A stretch of DNA of 64,000 nt, from contig NC_081358.1 of assembly GCF_030684315.1 (NCBI RefSeq), positions 69,935,817 to 69,999,816 on the forward strand, in the 5' to 3' direction. Source of the DNA: Stegostoma tigrinum (lineage: Eukaryota). A program made the translations under genes and the position numbers. Positions 63,976-64,000 of the stretch are shown here, one piece after another. Each line of letters starts with the position of its first letter. The stretch's first letter is position 1. The notes beneath the pieces are model-generated. The model made no database searches and was not told the origin of the DNA. It saw only the letters and a list, made by a program, of their open reading frames with translations.

Positions 63976-64000
63976 GAGAGAGGTAAGTATTGGAGTATTA

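Noticed and set aside
1-64000. CRISPR arrays, rRNA genes, prokaryotic operons
   Set aside because: Eukaryotic intronic DNA; no repeat-spacer array or rRNA-like sequence seen.

Overview
Vertebrate genomic DNA, AT-rich and repeat-dense. The repeat landscape (HE1/V-SINE-type tRNA SINEs, CR1 and L2 LINEs, abundant Penelope-like elements) points to a cartilaginous fish (shark); this is an inference. The only host coding sequence found is two + strand exons (3713-3882, 170 bp; 14292-14564, 273 bp) encoding consecutive Ig domains of a peroxidasin-family gene (PXDN or PXDNL). The rest is intron, with no further exon seen in the last ~49 kb. Main points: (1) many small palindromic Penelope-like (PLE) insertions with 11-15 bp target-site duplications (TSDs), a fixed ~35 nt unpaired tail and minimal hammerhead-ribozyme motifs at or near their centres; (2) a 5.75 kb palindromic PLE inside another PLE, bounded by one 13 bp TSD, which contains an apparently identical 1.14 kb copy of host DNA from 7.2 kb upstream and a 0.69 kb self-duplication; (3) a Harbinger transposase fossil split across opposite strands; (4) Tigger/pogo and Harbinger Myb-like fossils. 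Repeat boundaries were set by eye and are approximate unless a TSD is quoted; family motif comparisons are from memory, not database searches.
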